Origin: an uncultured Bacteroidaceae bacterium
GTDB taxonomy: Bacteria; Bacillota; Clostridia; Christensenellales; CAG-917
Length of the DNA stretch: 64,000 bases
Direction of reading: 5' to 3'
Assembly (NCBI GenBank): GCA_964599875.1
Contig: CAZRHE010000004.1
Span: 13,943-77,942, forward strand
The notes under the pieces were generated by a model that did not search any database, was not told where the DNA came from, and worked only from the letters and a program-made list of their open reading frames with translations. A program made the translations under genes and the position numbers. Below, one piece after another: positions 38,779 through 49,961 of this stretch (positions within the stretch are counted from its first letter, which is position 1; every line of letters starts with the position of its first letter).

Positions 38779-41199
38779 TTACGCGATTATGTTTACGAGT
38801 CTGCCGGGGACGACGATGACTTTCTTCACGTCACCCGTGAGTTGAGCGGCGACCGCTTCTTTTGCAATCTTTTCGATTTCTTCCTTGGACGCATCCTTGG
38901 AAACGGTGATTTTCGCTCTCATCTTGGAGTTGATTTGCACTGCGAGTTCGATTTCGTCAAGCACGAGCGCTTTCTCGTTGCAGACGGGGAAAGGTTGATT
39001 GAATACGGAATATTCCTTGCCCATAACTTCCCAAAGTTCCTCTGCAAAGTGAGGCGCAAACGGAGCCATCATCAAGACGAGGTCGCGGATGCAGTCGAGA
39101 TAAAATACACTCTTGTGCGCGACCGCGCTGTCGTATGCGTAGATTGCGTTGACGTATTCCATCATTCTTGCGAGTGCGGTGTTGAAAGAGAAAGTTTCGA
39201 GGTCCGCCGTCACCGCTTTTATCGTGCGATTGCGGACGAAGTCGAGTTCTTTTTCTTCCTTGCCCATAGGTCTATCCTCGAAATTCTCGTAGCATTTTCT
39301 GACAAGGCGTTCGATTCTGTCGAAGAAGCGGATGATGCCGTCCAGTCCTTTATCGTTCCACGGACCGCCCTCGATATAACTGAATCCGAACATAAGATAC
39401 ACTCTGAATGCGTCCGAGCCGTATTTGGACACGCTGTCGTCGGGAGAAACGACGTTGCCGCGAGATTTGGACATCTTTTGTCCGTCGGGGCCGAGAATGG
39501 TGCCTTGGTGCACGAGGGACAAGAAAGGCTCGTCGAAATGGAGATATCCCATATCTCTCAACGCTTTCGTGAAGAAACGCGCGTAGAGCAAGTGCATGCA
39601 AGCGTGCTCCGCACCGCCTATATATTTGTCGACGGGAAGAATTTTGTCGATTTTTTCGGTATCGAACGGTGCGTCCGCGTTCTTGTTGTCGGGATAGCGC
39701 AAGAAATACCAACTCGAACAAACGAAAGTGTCGAGGGTGTCGGGATCTCTTCTTGCGGGTGCTCCGCAAACGGGGCAAGTGCAATTCATAAATTCTTCGC
39801 ACTTCGCAAGCGGAGATTTGCCGTCGGGCTTGAATTCCACATTATAAGGAAGTTCGACGGGAAGATCCTTTTCGGGGACGGGGACGTCGCCGCAGTGAGG
39901 ACAATGGATAATGGGGATAGGCGCGCCCCAGTAACGTTGACGGCTGATGAGCCAGTCGCGCAAACGATAGTTGGTTTTGAGTGCGCCCTTGCCCTCTTTT
40001 TCGAGTTTTTTAACGACGGCGATTCTGCCCTCTTCCGTGGTCATTCCGTCGAATTCGCCGCTGTTTATCATCACGCCGTAATCGCAGAAAGGAAGTGCGT
40101 CGTCCACGTCGTCGCTTGCGGCTTTAATTACTCTTTCGACGGGAAGTCCGAGTTTTTGTGCGAACACGTAGTCGCGGTCGTCGTGCGCCGCAACGCCCAT
40201 AACCGCACCCGTGCCGTAACTTGCGATGACGTAATCCGCAACGAGAATAGGCACTTCTCTGCCGTTTATCGGGTTGATTGCATAAGAACCGGTAAGGACG
40301 CCGGTCTTTTCGCGAGTGGACGCCATACGGTCGATTTCGGTGACTTTCGCGCTTTCCGCTTTATACTTCTCGACAACCTCTTTTTGTTCCGCAGTGGTGA
40401 CGAGATCGACGAGAGGACTTTCGGGTGCGAGCACGACGTAGGTCACGCCGAAAAGAGTATCCGCACGAGTAGTGAACACTCTGAAAGTCACGTCGCTGTC
40501 TTTGACTGCAAATTCGACTTCTCCGCCGTAAGACTTACCGATCCAGTTTTTCTGCATGGTTTTGGTCTTTTCGGGCCAATCGAGTTTGTCGAGGTCTTCG
40601 AGCAATTCGTCAGCGTATTCGGTGATTTTGAAGAACCATTGCGTAAGATTTTTTCTGACGACGGTGCTTCCGCATCTCTCGCAAATTCCGCCTTGCGCTT
40701 GTTCGTTTGCAAGGACGGTGTTACAAGAAGGACACCAGTTGACGGGTGCTTCCTTTCTGTACGCAAGTCCGTGCTTGTACATTTGAAGGAACATCCATTG
40801 CGTCCACTTGTAGTAGTCGGGCATACAGGTTTTGATTTCGTAATCCCAATCGTACGTGGCGCCGATACGTTTCAGTTGTTCTTCCATCGTAGCGATATTT
40901 TTAAGAGTGCTGTCTTGAGGGTGAATACCCGTCTTTATCGCGAAGTTTTCCGCGGGAAGACCGAACGCGTCGAATCCCATCGGGTGAAACACTTCGTAGC
41001 CTTGCATGCGTTTGAAGCGAGCATAGGAATCGGACGGCCCGTAGTTATACCAGTGACCTGCGTGGAGTTTCGCGCCGGAGGGATAAGAAAACATTTCGAG
41101 AACGTAGCATTTCTTGTCCGCTCTGTCGGGGTGGAACTTATAAAGTTGGGTGTCTGCCCAAATTTTTTGCCATTTGGCTTCGATTTGACGTAAATCCAT
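38779..41199 (-). CDS. leuS: Leucyl-tRNA synthetase
   Basis: [18 protein letters not shown] editing domain, SRQRYWG, KMSKS. Confidence 0.97.
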   Translation of the reverse strand: MDLRQIEAKWQKIWADTQLYKFHPDRADKKCYVLEMFSYPSGAKLHAGHWYNYGPSDSYARFKRMQGYEVFHPMGFDAFGLPAENFAIKTGIHPQDSTLKNIATMEEQLKRIGATYDWDYEIKTCMPDYYKWTQWMFLQMYKHGLAYRKEAPVNWCPSCNTVLANEQAQGGICERCGSTVVRKNLTQWFFKITEYADELLEDLDKLDWPEKTKTMQKNWIGKSYGGEVEFAVKDSDVTFRVFTTRADTLFGVTYVVLAPESPLVDLVTTAEQKEVVEKYKAESAKVTEIDRMASTREKTGVLTGSYAINPINGREVPILVADYVIASYGTGAVMGVAAHDDRDYVFAQKLGLPVERVIKAASDDVDDALPFCDYGVMINSGEFDGMTTEEGRIAVVKKLEKEGKGALKTNYRLRDWLISRQRYWGAPIPIIHCPHCGDVPVPEKDLPVELPYNVEFKPDGKSPLAKCEEFMNCTCPVCGAPARRDPDTLDTFVCSSWYFLRYPDNKNADAPFDTEKIDKILPVDKYIGGAEHACMHLLYARFFTKALRDMGYLHFDEPFLSLVHQGTILGPDGQKMSKSRGNVVSPDDSVSKYGSDAFRVYLMFGFSYIEGGPWNDKGLDGIIRFFDRIERLVRKCYENFEDRPMGKEEKELDFVRNRTIKAVTADLETFSFNTALARMMEYVNAIYAYDSAVAHKSVFYLDCIRDLVLMMAPFAPHFAEELWEVMGKEYSVFNQPFPVCNEKALVLDEIELAVQINSKMRAKITVSKDASKEEIEKIAKEAVAAQLTGDVKKVIVVPGRLVNIIA

Positions 41200-41320
41200 T
41201 TCTCATTTTCCTAAATTTAAGATATATAGATTTTAATACTAAACATTATATAAGTCAACAAAAAAAGATTATTGACACCCCCGCCCGTAAAGGATAAAAT
41301 GGTTTTGTGAGGTAACGACT

Positions 41321-42808
41321 ATGAAAAAAACCTTTTTGACAAAACTTCGCGCAATCGTCGCGCTTCTTGCAATCGCGACTTCTACTTTCGCTTTTGCGGC
41401 ATGCAACGACAAGGATGCGGACGTGCCCGCTCCCGACGCGGACGGAGCACAGAAAACCTTCGTCAAGGCGGACGGCATCCGTCTTCTCGGCATAGACGGA
41501 GAGCCTATGGGACTTCAAGGCACCAATCTCGGCGGTTGGCTCGTGCAAGAAGAATGGCTTTGCCCGAGCACGATGTCCTATTCCTATGCGCAAATCGATA
41601 TCCTTCTCACCCTCTACAACCGCTTCGGCAAGGAAGAGGCGGACAGACTTATGAAAGTCTACGAAGACAACTGGGTGACCGAACAAGATTTTGCGAATAT
41701 CAAGGCGCTCGGCATGAACTGCGTCAGAATCCCGTTCACCTATCTCAACTTCATGGACCCCCTCAAATACGACGAGGAAAAGGGCGAATGGGTGAAAAAG
41801 GATTGGAGCGAACTCACTATAAATACCGAAAATAACGATGGATTCGCAAGGCTCGACTGGGCGCTCGAAACGTGCAAAAAGTACGGCTTGTACGCAATTC
41901 TCGATATGCACGGAGCGGTCGGCTCTCAATCCGGACAAGACCACTCGGGAGATATATCGGAATATCTCGGTCGCCTCTATCTGCAAAACGAAGTCGGTGC
42001 GACCTGCCGCGAAAAGACCATAGAATTGTGGGTGGAAATCGCAAAACGCTACAAAGATAACGAATACGTCGCCGCTCTCGATATTTTGAACGAACCCGGC
42101 ATCGCGACGGGAAGTCCCTCGGAGGGCAAAAACCAAACCACTGCGAACGATATCGTCATGGGATTCTTCGACGACGTTTACAAGGCGATTCGCGAAGTGG
42201 ATAACAATCACGTCATCTGTTTCGAATCCTGCTGGCAAGCGACCGAACTTGCTTTCCCCGACAAGTACGGCTGGGAAAACGTCCTTTATCAATATCACCA
42301 TTATAACTGGGCGTCGAACAATATACCTAACGACCTTTACTACGATTTAAACGTACAACTGACTGACGGAAAAAGGAACGGAGCAAAGCGCAACTTCCCC
42401 GTTCTCATCGGCGAATTCAACGTATGGCCCGACACTCACGCAGACAAGACGCAAATTAATAAAGACAGCACGCAAACCGAGGCGGAGGCTTGGAGCGGAG
42501 CAATGGAACTTTATACGGGCAAAGGTTGGAGTTACACCACTTGGAACTTTAAGCATTGCGCGACTCATTCGAGTTGGGGACTGTTCAATCTGAAAGAAGG
42601 CATCGACAATCCTCAAGCGGACCTTCTCGAATCAAGCATAGAAGAAATCGAATACGCTTGGAGTTATCACAACGCAAGCAACTATCGCGAAAACACCGAC
42701 CTCACGAATTGCATAAAGCCGTATATGGATTCCTTCTACACGGGCGAAAAAGTCAAACCGCTCAACGAGAAATACTACATTCTCGGCACCGTCGTCGAAG
42801 AGGAATGA
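41321..42808 (+). CDS. GH5 glycoside hydrolase lipoprotein (exo-beta-1,3-glucanase-like)
   Basis: Lipobox FAAC; GTNLGGWLVQE, NCVRIP, LDMH, NEP, VLIGEF. Confidence 0.88.
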   Translation: MKKTFLTKLRAIVALLAIATSTFAFAACNDKDADVPAPDADGAQKTFVKADGIRLLGIDGEPMGLQGTNLGGWLVQEEWLCPSTMSYSYAQIDILLTLYNRFGKEEADRLMKVYEDNWVTEQDFANIKALGMNCVRIPFTYLNFMDPLKYDEEKGEWVKKDWSELTINTENNDGFARLDWALETCKKYGLYAILDMHGAVGSQSGQDHSGDISEYLGRLYLQNEVGATCREKTIELWVEIAKRYKDNEYVAALDILNEPGIATGSPSEGKNQTTANDIVMGFFDDVYKAIREVDNNHVICFESCWQATELAFPDKYGWENVLYQYHHYNWASNNIPNDLYYDLNVQLTDGKRNGAKRNFPVLIGEFNVWPDTHADKTQINKDSTQTEAEAWSGAMELYTGKGWSYTTWNFKHCATHSSWGLFNLKEGIDNPQADLLESSIEEIEYAWSYHNASNYRENTDLTNCIKPYMDSFYTGEKVKPLNEKYYILGTVVEEE

Positions 42809-42875
42809 GATTATCGGTTGTGTTAGTCGCAAAATCGTGCTAATATCTATATCATTAAAACCGAAGAGGTAAGTT

Positions 42876-43484
42876 ATGTTCATCTCTTTTGAAGGTTGCG
42901 AGGGCGTGGGAAAATCCACCCAACTGCGCTTCCTGAAAGAATATCTCGAAAAAACCCACCAACCTGCCGTGTTCGTCCGCGAGCCCGGCAGCACCCCTAT
43001 ATCCGAACAAATTCGCGAAGTCATTCTGAAACCCGAAAACACCGAAATGACGGACGTTTGCGAGGCGTTGTTGTACGCGGCGTCAAGGGCGCAACTCGTG
43101 GACGAAGTCATCCTCCCCGCCCTTGCGGAAGGCAAAATCGTCGTGTGCGACCGCTACGTAGACAGTTCGGTCGCCTATCAGGGATTCGGCAGAGGACTCG
43201 GTGCGGATACGGTCAAGCGCATCAACGCCTACTCTATCGAACGTTGTATGCCCGACGTCACCGTGTTTCTCGATTTGCGTCCGTCCGAGTCTTGGCGCAC
43301 CACCCCGGGCGAAGACAGATTGGAGCATCAGGAACGCTCGTTCTATGAAAAAGTTTACGAGGGCTTTGTTGCGGAAAGTGCGATTTCAAACGGTCGAATC
43401 GTATCGATAAAACCCGACTTTGACAAAAACGTCACGCACGAACGCATAATCGACGCGCTCAGAAAAAGAGGTGCCGTGAAGTGA
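42876..43484 (+). CDS. tmk: Thymidylate kinase
   Basis: EGCEGVGKST, REPG, DRYVDSSVAYQG. Confidence 0.96.
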   Translation: MFISFEGCEGVGKSTQLRFLKEYLEKTHQPAVFVREPGSTPISEQIREVILKPENTEMTDVCEALLYAASRAQLVDEVILPALAEGKIVVCDRYVDSSVAYQGFGRGLGADTVKRINAYSIERCMPDVTVFLDLRPSESWRTTPGEDRLEHQERSFYEKVYEGFVAESAISNGRIVSIKPDFDKNVTHERIIDALRKRGAVK

Positions 43485-44452
43485 ACAAGCCCGTGTTTGC
43501 AGACGTCCTAAAAGGCTCGAAAGCCTACAAACTTTTGAAAGGAGATTTCTCTCTGGGGCTTGGTCACGCCTATCTTATCGTGTCCCCCGACAACGATATC
43601 ATGGCGGAGTTTTTCAACCTTGTCGCGGCTATGATTTTTTGTGAATCTAATTCCGCTTGCCTTAACTGCCCCGAATGTTTGAAGGTGCTGCACGGCAACA
43701 ATCCCGACGTATATTTCGTCAACGAAGAGGAAAAGGATATAACGACGAAAAAAGTCGAGGAGTTGACGAATTCCACTCAACTCAAATCGTATAGCGGACG
43801 AAAACTATACTTTGTTTATCGCGCGGATAAAATGAATGCGGCGGCGCAAAACAAACTCCTTAAAACTCTCGAAGAGCCACCCGCGGGCGTAACCATATTC
43901 CTCGGTGCGACCAACGAAACGGCGATGCTCAAAACTATCCGCTCCCGCTGTCATACGATTTATCTCGACGCGTTCGACAGAGACGTGATATATCATGCTC
44001 TGCTCTCTCTCAAAATCAGCGAAAAGACTGCGCAGATTGCGGCGGATTGCAGTGAAGGAATGCTCGGCAAGGCGTACAACGTGGCGAAAAATCCCGAATA
44101 CGCGGGGCTATACTCCTCCGTCGTATATCTTCTCGGCAAACTCAACCGTAGCGGCGACGTCATGTTCCTCGACCGCATCGCGCCCATGCACAATCAAACG
44201 CAAGAGTTTTTCGACGTCATGACCATCATCCTTCGCGATATGCTGGCGGCGAAAGAAAACGGGAATCTCATATCCAAACACGTTTCATCCGAAATCCAAA
44301 CCCTTGCGGACGGATTTTCGGCAAAAGCGATATCCGAAATCATTCTCCTCGTAAACGAGGCGAGAAAAAAACTTAATTTTTACGTCAACAAGCAGGCGAC
44401 GATAGATTCCCTGCTGTTTTCCATACTGGAGGTAAAATATAAATGGCAATAA
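43481..44452 (+). CDS. holB: DNA polymerase III delta-prime subunit
   Basis: HAYL, zinc-binding cysteines, AAQNKLLKTLEEP, TIRSRC. Confidence 0.93.
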   Translation: MNKPVFADVLKGSKAYKLLKGDFSLGLGHAYLIVSPDNDIMAEFFNLVAAMIFCESNSACLNCPECLKVLHGNNPDVYFVNEEEKDITTKKVEELTNSTQLKSYSGRKLYFVYRADKMNAAAQNKLLKTLEEPPAGVTIFLGATNETAMLKTIRSRCHTIYLDAFDRDVIYHALLSLKISEKTAQIAADCSEGMLGKAYNVAKNPEYAGLYSSVVYLLGKLNRSGDVMFLDRIAPMHNQTQEFFDVMTIILRDMLAAKENGNLISKHVSSEIQTLADGFSAKAISEIILLVNEARKKLNFYVNKQATIDSLLFSILEVKYKWQ

Positions 44453-45291
44453 TCGTAGGAATCAAATTCCTAAACTCTAATAAAATCTACTACTTCGACC
44501 CCAAAGACGTCGAATTCAAAGAAGGGGACGGCGCAATCGTCGAAACCGCAAGAGGTCAAGAATACGGCGTCGTTTCGATTGCGAACAAAGAAGTGGAAGA
44601 AAAAGACATAGTGTCCCCCTTGAAACCCGTAATCCGCAAGGCGACGGAAGATGATTTGAAACGCCTCGAAAAAAATCGCGCGGACAAAGAGCACGCACTC
44701 AAAGTCATCCGCGAAAAAGTGGCGGAAGCGGGACTTCAAATGAAACTCGTGGACGCGGAATACACCTTTGACAGAAGCAAACTCATATTCTACTTTACCG
44801 CAGACGGAAGAGTGGATTTCAGAGAACTCGTCAAAACCCTTGCGTCCATATTCAAAATCCGTATCGAACTCAGACAGATTTACGAACGCGACGACACCAA
44901 GATGAGAGGCGCACTCGCTCCTTGCGGTCGTCCTTGCTGCTGCACCACTCACCTACCCGACTTCGAGAAGGTATCCATAAAAATGGCGAAAATCCAAGGA
45001 CTCTCCCTCAATCCGCAAAAGATAAGCGGAATGTGCGGTCGCCTTATGTGCTGTCTTAAATACGAAAACGCATATTACAGCGAAGTGTACAAGCAAATGC
45101 CCAAAGTGGGTAGCAAGGTCAAAACTCCCGACGGGGACGGCACCGTCGAGCAAAACGACCTCATCAAACAAACTTCGCGCGTGCGCGTCCTTCTCAAAAA
45201 CGGAGATTACGATTTGCGCACCTATGCGCTTGAAGACCTTCGCATAGGCGAAAGACAATCCACCGCCGAAATCGACGACGGCGAAGAATAA
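44443..45291 (+). CDS. ricT: PSP1 domain protein RicT/YaaT
   Basis: RVDFRELVK, RIELRQI, CGRPCCC, CGRLMCCL.YE. Confidence 0.92.
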   Translation: MAIIVGIKFLNSNKIYYFDPKDVEFKEGDGAIVETARGQEYGVVSIANKEVEEKDIVSPLKPVIRKATEDDLKRLEKNRADKEHALKVIREKVAEAGLQMKLVDAEYTFDRSKLIFYFTADGRVDFRELVKTLASIFKIRIELRQIYERDDTKMRGALAPCGRPCCCTTHLPDFEKVSIKMAKIQGLSLNPQKISGMCGRLMCCLKYENAYYSEVYKQMPKVGSKVKTPDGDGTVEQNDLIKQTSRVRVLLKNGDYDLRTYALEDLRIGERQSTAEIDDGEE

Positions 45292-45362
45292 CCCGTTGAT
45301 TGCGTCTTTCGCTATAAATCGTCAAATTGCCAAAACGACAAACACCCGTTAAGTCGCATCGC

Positions 45363-45405
45363 AAAATAAAAAATCCGACGGACTACTCCGTCGGGTTTTT
45401 ATTTT
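45363..45405. terminator. Bidirectional terminator
   Basis: AAAATAAAAAATCCGACGG/CCGTCGGGTTTTTATTTT. Confidence 0.85.
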
Positions 45406-45416
45406 CCGTTGCTAAA

Positions 45417-45587
45417 TTATGCTTCGGTGATTGCGCCGGTAGGGCAACCTTCTTCACATGCTCCGCAATCGATGCACGCATCTGCGTCGACTACGTATTT
45501 GCCATCGCCTTCGCTGATTGCGCCGACGGGACAGGTGTCTGCGCACGCTCCGCACATAACGCATTCGTCACTGATAACTCTTGCCAT
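45417..45587 (-). CDS. Clostridial 2[4Fe-4S] ferredoxin (56 aa, not in the ORF track)
   Basis: MARVISDECVMCGACADTCPVGAISEGDGKYVVDADACIDCGACEEGCPTGAITEA; two CxxCxxCxxxCP motifs; AAGGAG RBS. Confidence 0.95.
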   Translation of the reverse strand: MARVISDECVMCGACADTCPVGAISEGDGKYVVDADACIDCGACEEGCPTGAITEA

Positions 45588-45654
45588 AGTGTAATATCTC
45601 CTTGTTTATTTTCGTTTAGATTATCATAACACAAACCTTTGAGTTTGTATAGCA

Positions 45655-46614
45655 CTAAATTGATTTTGAGGTTGCGAAAAATTCTTTCAGCAGTTTTACG
45701 TAGCGCGTATTGTCCACGTAGAAGCAGCAAACGTGCTCCGCTCCCGCGAAAATTTCCTGTCTTTTATTTTGGCTGCCGCACGCCTCGTACATTTTATCCG
45801 ACATAAATTTCGGGACGGTCGGGTCGTTATCGCCCTGTATGAACAAAAACGGGCATTTTGCGTTTTTGACGATTTCGACCGCGCTGACCTTGCGAAAATC
45901 GAATCCCAAAAGCAATCTACACCAAAGACTTCCGAAAAAGAAAATGGGTTTCCCGCTCAAATGCGGGCAGTGCTTTTTGACCATTGCCTCGAATTCTTCT
46001 TCGGGTGAGGTGAATCCGCAATCGAAAACCACGCCCTCAATATCGTCGGGACGCTCCCCTGCGACCATGGCAACCGTTGCCGCTCCCATGGAAATTCCCA
46101 AGAGATAGACTTTGTCGTAGCGCTCTTTCATAAGGTCCACCCAGCCCTTGACGTCTATTCTGTCAAGCACCGAGAATCCCGTGTATTCCCCCTCGCTTTC
46201 TCCGTGCGCGCGGTCGTCCACAAGGAGAGCGTCTACGCCTATTTCGTCGAAGACGGGGATATAAGCGGCACATTCTCTCATGGAGTGCGAAGTGAATCCG
46301 TGCACGCATATCACGACGCGTTTTTCGGCATTCTGTCCGCTTGTTTTGTAGAGATTGCCTTTGAGCGTCAGTCCGTCGAAAGATTTGATTTCGAGGTGTT
46401 CGGGAGTGAGCGTGCGAGCGTGTGCGATAGCCTTTCTGCGCTCCTCTTTCACGAATTTGCGCATTTCGGTTTCGTGGCGTTTGTCCCCGAGTTCGCTATA
46501 CGGTTTGCGTTTGAAAATTCCGAGGAAAAACGCAAGCCCGGCAATAACGAGAGCAAGCAACGTAAAAACGACTATGCATGCGATTACGATGAGTATAATT
46601 TGATAGATTTCCAT
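45655..46614 (-). CDS. Membrane-anchored alpha/beta hydrolase (YqkD-like)
   Basis: N-terminal TM; VHGF, D.RAHG.SEG, GISMG, GDND, AEH. Confidence 0.9.
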   Translation of the reverse strand: MEIYQIILIVIACIVVFTLLALVIAGLAFFLGIFKRKPYSELGDKRHETEMRKFVKEERRKAIAHARTLTPEHLEIKSFDGLTLKGNLYKTSGQNAEKRVVICVHGFTSHSMRECAAYIPVFDEIGVDALLVDDRAHGESEGEYTGFSVLDRIDVKGWVDLMKERYDKVYLLGISMGAATVAMVAGERPDDIEGVVFDCGFTSPEEEFEAMVKKHCPHLSGKPIFFFGSLWCRLLLGFDFRKVSAVEIVKNAKCPFLFIQGDNDPTVPKFMSDKMYEACGSQNKRQEIFAGAEHVCCFYVDNTRYVKLLKEFFATSKSI

Positions 46615-46697
46615 AAAAATATTTTAGCACGGCAAAATAATTGTGTAAAGGCAAAATTTGTTTTATAATAATCCGCGGACAATAAGGCGAACGATAT

Positions 46698-47381
46698 ATG
46701 AAAATTTCTCTCAAAGACAAAATTAAAAACGCACTATCTCTCTTCTCTATCTTTTTTAAGATAGGTCTTTTCTCGTTCGGGGGCGGATACGCGATGTTCA
46801 CGATGATTGAAAAAGAAGTCGTGGAAAAGCGCGGATATCTCACTCACTCCGAACTTATGGACGTTTTCGCAATCGCGGAAAGCACACCGGGCGCAGTCGC
46901 AATCAACATAGCGACCTTCGTCGGCACGAAACAAGCGGGCGTCCTCGGCGGGATTTTCACCACTCTCGGCGTGGTGCTACCCTCTTTCCTCATCATATTC
47001 GCACTGTCTTTCGTTATCGATATAGTGAAAGATAACTTCTGGGTTTCCTGCCTGTTCAAAGGCGTGAGAGTGGGTGTCCTCGTCCTCATTTCGAAAGCGG
47101 TGGCGTCCTTCTTCAGAGATATGCGCAAAGACTGGTACGACTTCGTGTTTATGGCGGGAGCGTTTGCAATCGCTTTTCTCACCGACGCAAGCGTCGTATA
47201 TATCATTCTCGGCACGATGCTTATCTGCATCATAATGGTTGCGTGCAAGCATCTGCGCAAGAAAAAACTCGGCATAATAGACGATGCGGACGAATATCAA
47301 CGAAAAGTCGTCGAGGAATACGAAAAACAGCGTGAAATAACCGCCGCCGAAAATCGCACCGTAGAGGAGGATAAACAATGA
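46698..47381 (+). CDS. Short-chain CHR (chromate) transporter subunit
   Basis: FKIGLFSFGGG, AESTPGAVAIN, LPSF. Confidence 0.9.
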   Translation: MKISLKDKIKNALSLFSIFFKIGLFSFGGGYAMFTMIEKEVVEKRGYLTHSELMDVFAIAESTPGAVAINIATFVGTKQAGVLGGIFTTLGVVLPSFLIIFALSFVIDIVKDNFWVSCLFKGVRVGVLVLISKAVASFFRDMRKDWYDFVFMAGAFAIAFLTDASVVYIILGTMLICIIMVACKHLRKKKLGIIDDADEYQRKVVEEYEKQREITAAENRTVEEDKQ

Positions 47382-48004
47382 CTTATCTTATTCTCTTCTG
47401 GACGTTTTTCAAAATTGGTTTATTCACGATAGGCGGCGGACACGCGATGATTCCCCTCATCATGCAGGACGTCGTAGCGCGCACGGAATGGGGAATTTCG
47501 CAAGACATTCTTCTCGACTTCATAGCGATATCCGAAAGCACTCCGGGGCCCTTTGCGGTCAACATAGCGACTTACGTCGGCACGACGGTCGGCGACGGCA
47601 TAGGCGGAGTTGCGGGGGCTATCCTCGGCGGAATATGCGCGACGACGGGCGTTGTGCTGCCATCCGTCATCATCATAATTCTCATCGTCAAACTCTTCTC
47701 GAAACACATGCAAAAACCCGCCGTGCAAGAAGTCTTCACGGGAGTGCGCTCCTCCGTTTCGGGACTGTTGCTATCCGTATTCATTACCCTACTTCTCACC
47801 GTACTTTTCGGCATAAGTTCCATTTGGGAAGGGGGCGCGGAAGCGGATTTCATCGGCATCGGTCTGTTCGCGGTGCTTATGGTGCTTGCCAATATCAAAT
47901 TCAAGACGAAAAGCGGCAAACCTAAAAAATTAAGTCCGATTATCATCATCGTGATATCCGCCGTCGCAGGACTTTTGCTGTACGGATTTATCCCGACGGT
48001 TTAA
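47378..48004 (+). CDS. Short-chain CHR (chromate) transporter subunit
   Basis: FKIGLFTIGGG, SESTPGPFAVN, LPS. Confidence 0.9.
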   Translation: MTYLILFWTFFKIGLFTIGGGHAMIPLIMQDVVARTEWGISQDILLDFIAISESTPGPFAVNIATYVGTTVGDGIGGVAGAILGGICATTGVVLPSVIIIILIVKLFSKHMQKPAVQEVFTGVRSSVSGLLLSVFITLLLTVLFGISSIWEGGAEADFIGIGLFAVLMVLANIKFKTKSGKPKKLSPIIIIVISAVAGLLLYGFIPTV

Positions 48005-48117
48005 CGGCACATTCGACAATTTTTTGTATAATAAAATACAAAAGTTGCGCCGTATACGGTTGCGCGATTGCGCGCGATGATATATAATCTTTTTACCAAT
48101 TATTCAGGGGGAGTAAC

Positions 48118-48876
48118 ATGCTCATTTACGGTTGCGTAACTGTCCTATTTTTATGCGTATTCGCGCTGGGCATATATCTTATGCGCGGTCGCATTTTGAT
48201 TGCAAACAGGCTTCTGTTTTTGCTTTCCATACTCATACTATCCGTGAAAGTCATACAATTCGCTTACTACGCGGCGACGGGCAATATTACGCATTATCCC
48301 GTTGAATTCAGCACTCTCACTTGTATCGTGCTTCCTATAGTCGTGTTTGCGGACAAAAAACACGTTGCCTATCCTTTCGTGACTTACGCGGCGTTTATGT
48401 CGGGAGTTTTGTTCAATTTGTTCTTCTTCATCGGACAAGACACCTTTATCGCCCTGCGCAAGAGTGAATTGTGGCTCCTTCTCAACCTGCTCGTTCACGA
48501 CGCTCTTTTGTTCTGCTCCCTCATCATGATGGGCAACTTCAAATTCGACAGAAAAATCGCGTGGCAACTTCCTCTCGGCTCGGCGGTTTTCGTGGGATGG
48601 GCGTTTATTGCGAAATATCTCATCGGTTACGATAGCGAAATATACACCGTCCGTATCCTCGAAGCGACGATTTTCGACAACGTTTGGAATCCCGAAATCA
48701 ACGTCTGGACGACCACTCACCCCGATTGGGCGGCATCGGACGCATTCTTGCCTATTTACTACGTCGTTATGGGCGTTCTAATCATCGCCTCTTTCTACGT
48801 CGTGTACGAACTCAACAAATACATCTACAAATACGACAGAGTTGACGAATACTATCTCGATAAGGAGGAATACTGA
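48118..48876 (+). CDS. Integral membrane protein, probably YwaF/TMEM164-like
   Basis: Six or seven hydrophobic helices; YPVEFST and intramembrane His (HDALL). Confidence 0.55.
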   Translation: MLIYGCVTVLFLCVFALGIYLMRGRILIANRLLFLLSILILSVKVIQFAYYAATGNITHYPVEFSTLTCIVLPIVVFADKKHVAYPFVTYAAFMSGVLFNLFFFIGQDTFIALRKSELWLLLNLLVHDALLFCSLIMMGNFKFDRKIAWQLPLGSAVFVGWAFIAKYLIGYDSEIYTVRILEATIFDNVWNPEINVWTTTHPDWAASDAFLPIYYVVMGVLIIASFYVVYELNKYIYKYDRVDEYYLDKEEY

Positions 48877-49907
48877 TGCATACCCATACCAGTGACAAAA
48901 CAAAAGCGTTTGAAGGCATCTTCGTATCCATTCTCGTGATAGCGATTTTCGTGACCTCTATCGCCATTTTCGGGCTTGCGGAAAGAGAAGTCGACCTCAC
49001 TCCCCGCTCCTACACCTCCTTTGAAAGTTTGGGCGTCCGTCCCGACGAAGAATCTTTGGATTTAGGAGAAATCCCCACCGACGTCGCCGCTCTCAAAGAT
49101 TTTGCGATTATGCTCTACAACCTCGGCGGCACGAACGCAAAAAACGCGGAAGCGCTTGCGGCACACTGCAATTGCCAAATGAAAATGGACGTCGCAAACA
49201 CTCTCAACTACGTGGATATAGACGCGGCGATTATCAAAACGCAAGAAGAATTTTTCCGCATAGACTATCGTCTTGAACGCGACCTTCCCTTTGCGGAAGC
49301 AATGGGCGGCTTAGCAAAATTAGTGGACATGATTTTGACCGAGAGATTCTACACCAACACGGATATGGATTATCTCGTTTATCAAAAGGTCAAAAACTCC
49401 GCTATCGACGAAAACAACGCTCCTTATGCGGTCTGGGACGACCCCAAGGACGTACCGAAAGAAGAGAATCGCGAAGTTCCCGTCTACAACAGCACGCAAG
49501 ACGGCGTTTTCGAAGTCATCGCATACACCCCTAACGCGGACGCGATTCAAAACGTTTCGGTCGAGTACGTCGAAAGCGAAGAGGGCAATTATTACAGCGT
49601 CAAAATTCAATTCGACCCCAGAAACGAACTCCTCGTATCGAGAGTTATCGATTCAATCCGCACGGGCTCGATGGATAAAAACGCCTATTACAGCAAAATC
49701 AACTACGACTTCGAAATATGGGACAACGGTTATTTCAAATCCGTTACGATAGGCGAAAATTGGAACGCACACGCAATGGGAGTGAGCCTCTTCGGTTTCA
49801 ATACCGAATCCCTTTACAACTGGACTTTCAGTTACAACGAAGACGACGCAGACCCCTCTGCGTACAAGGATTGCGTGGATGCAAAGACAATGATTTTGGG
49901 TGAATAA
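48876..49907 (+). CDS. Hypothetical membrane-anchored extracellular protein
   Basis: N-terminal TM and an acidic beta-rich body; TGATG coupling to the upstream gene. Confidence 0.75.
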   Translation: MHTHTSDKTKAFEGIFVSILVIAIFVTSIAIFGLAEREVDLTPRSYTSFESLGVRPDEESLDLGEIPTDVAALKDFAIMLYNLGGTNAKNAEALAAHCNCQMKMDVANTLNYVDIDAAIIKTQEEFFRIDYRLERDLPFAEAMGGLAKLVDMILTERFYTNTDMDYLVYQKVKNSAIDENNAPYAVWDDPKDVPKEENREVPVYNSTQDGVFEVIAYTPNADAIQNVSVEYVESEEGNYYSVKIQFDPRNELLVSRVIDSIRTGSMDKNAYYSKINYDFEIWDNGYFKSVTIGENWNAHAMGVSLFGFNTESLYNWTFSYNEDDADPSAYKDCVDAKTMILGE

Positions 49908-49918
49908 AAATCCGTATT

Positions 49919-49950
49919 AAAAAAAGCGTGGCAACCGCCACGCTTTTTTT
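49919..49950. terminator. Bidirectional terminator
   Basis: AAAAAAAGCGTGGC/GCCACGCTTTTTT. Confidence 0.85.
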
Positions 49951-49961
49951 ATGCCGTTTTC

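Noticed and set aside
38842-41193. 783-aa ORF antisense to leuS
   Set aside because: Same shadow-ORF effect from codon bias.
46698-48004. Split chromate transporter as a pseudogene
   Set aside because: Paired short-chain CHR genes are a known functional arrangement, and both halves are intact with an ATGA overlap.
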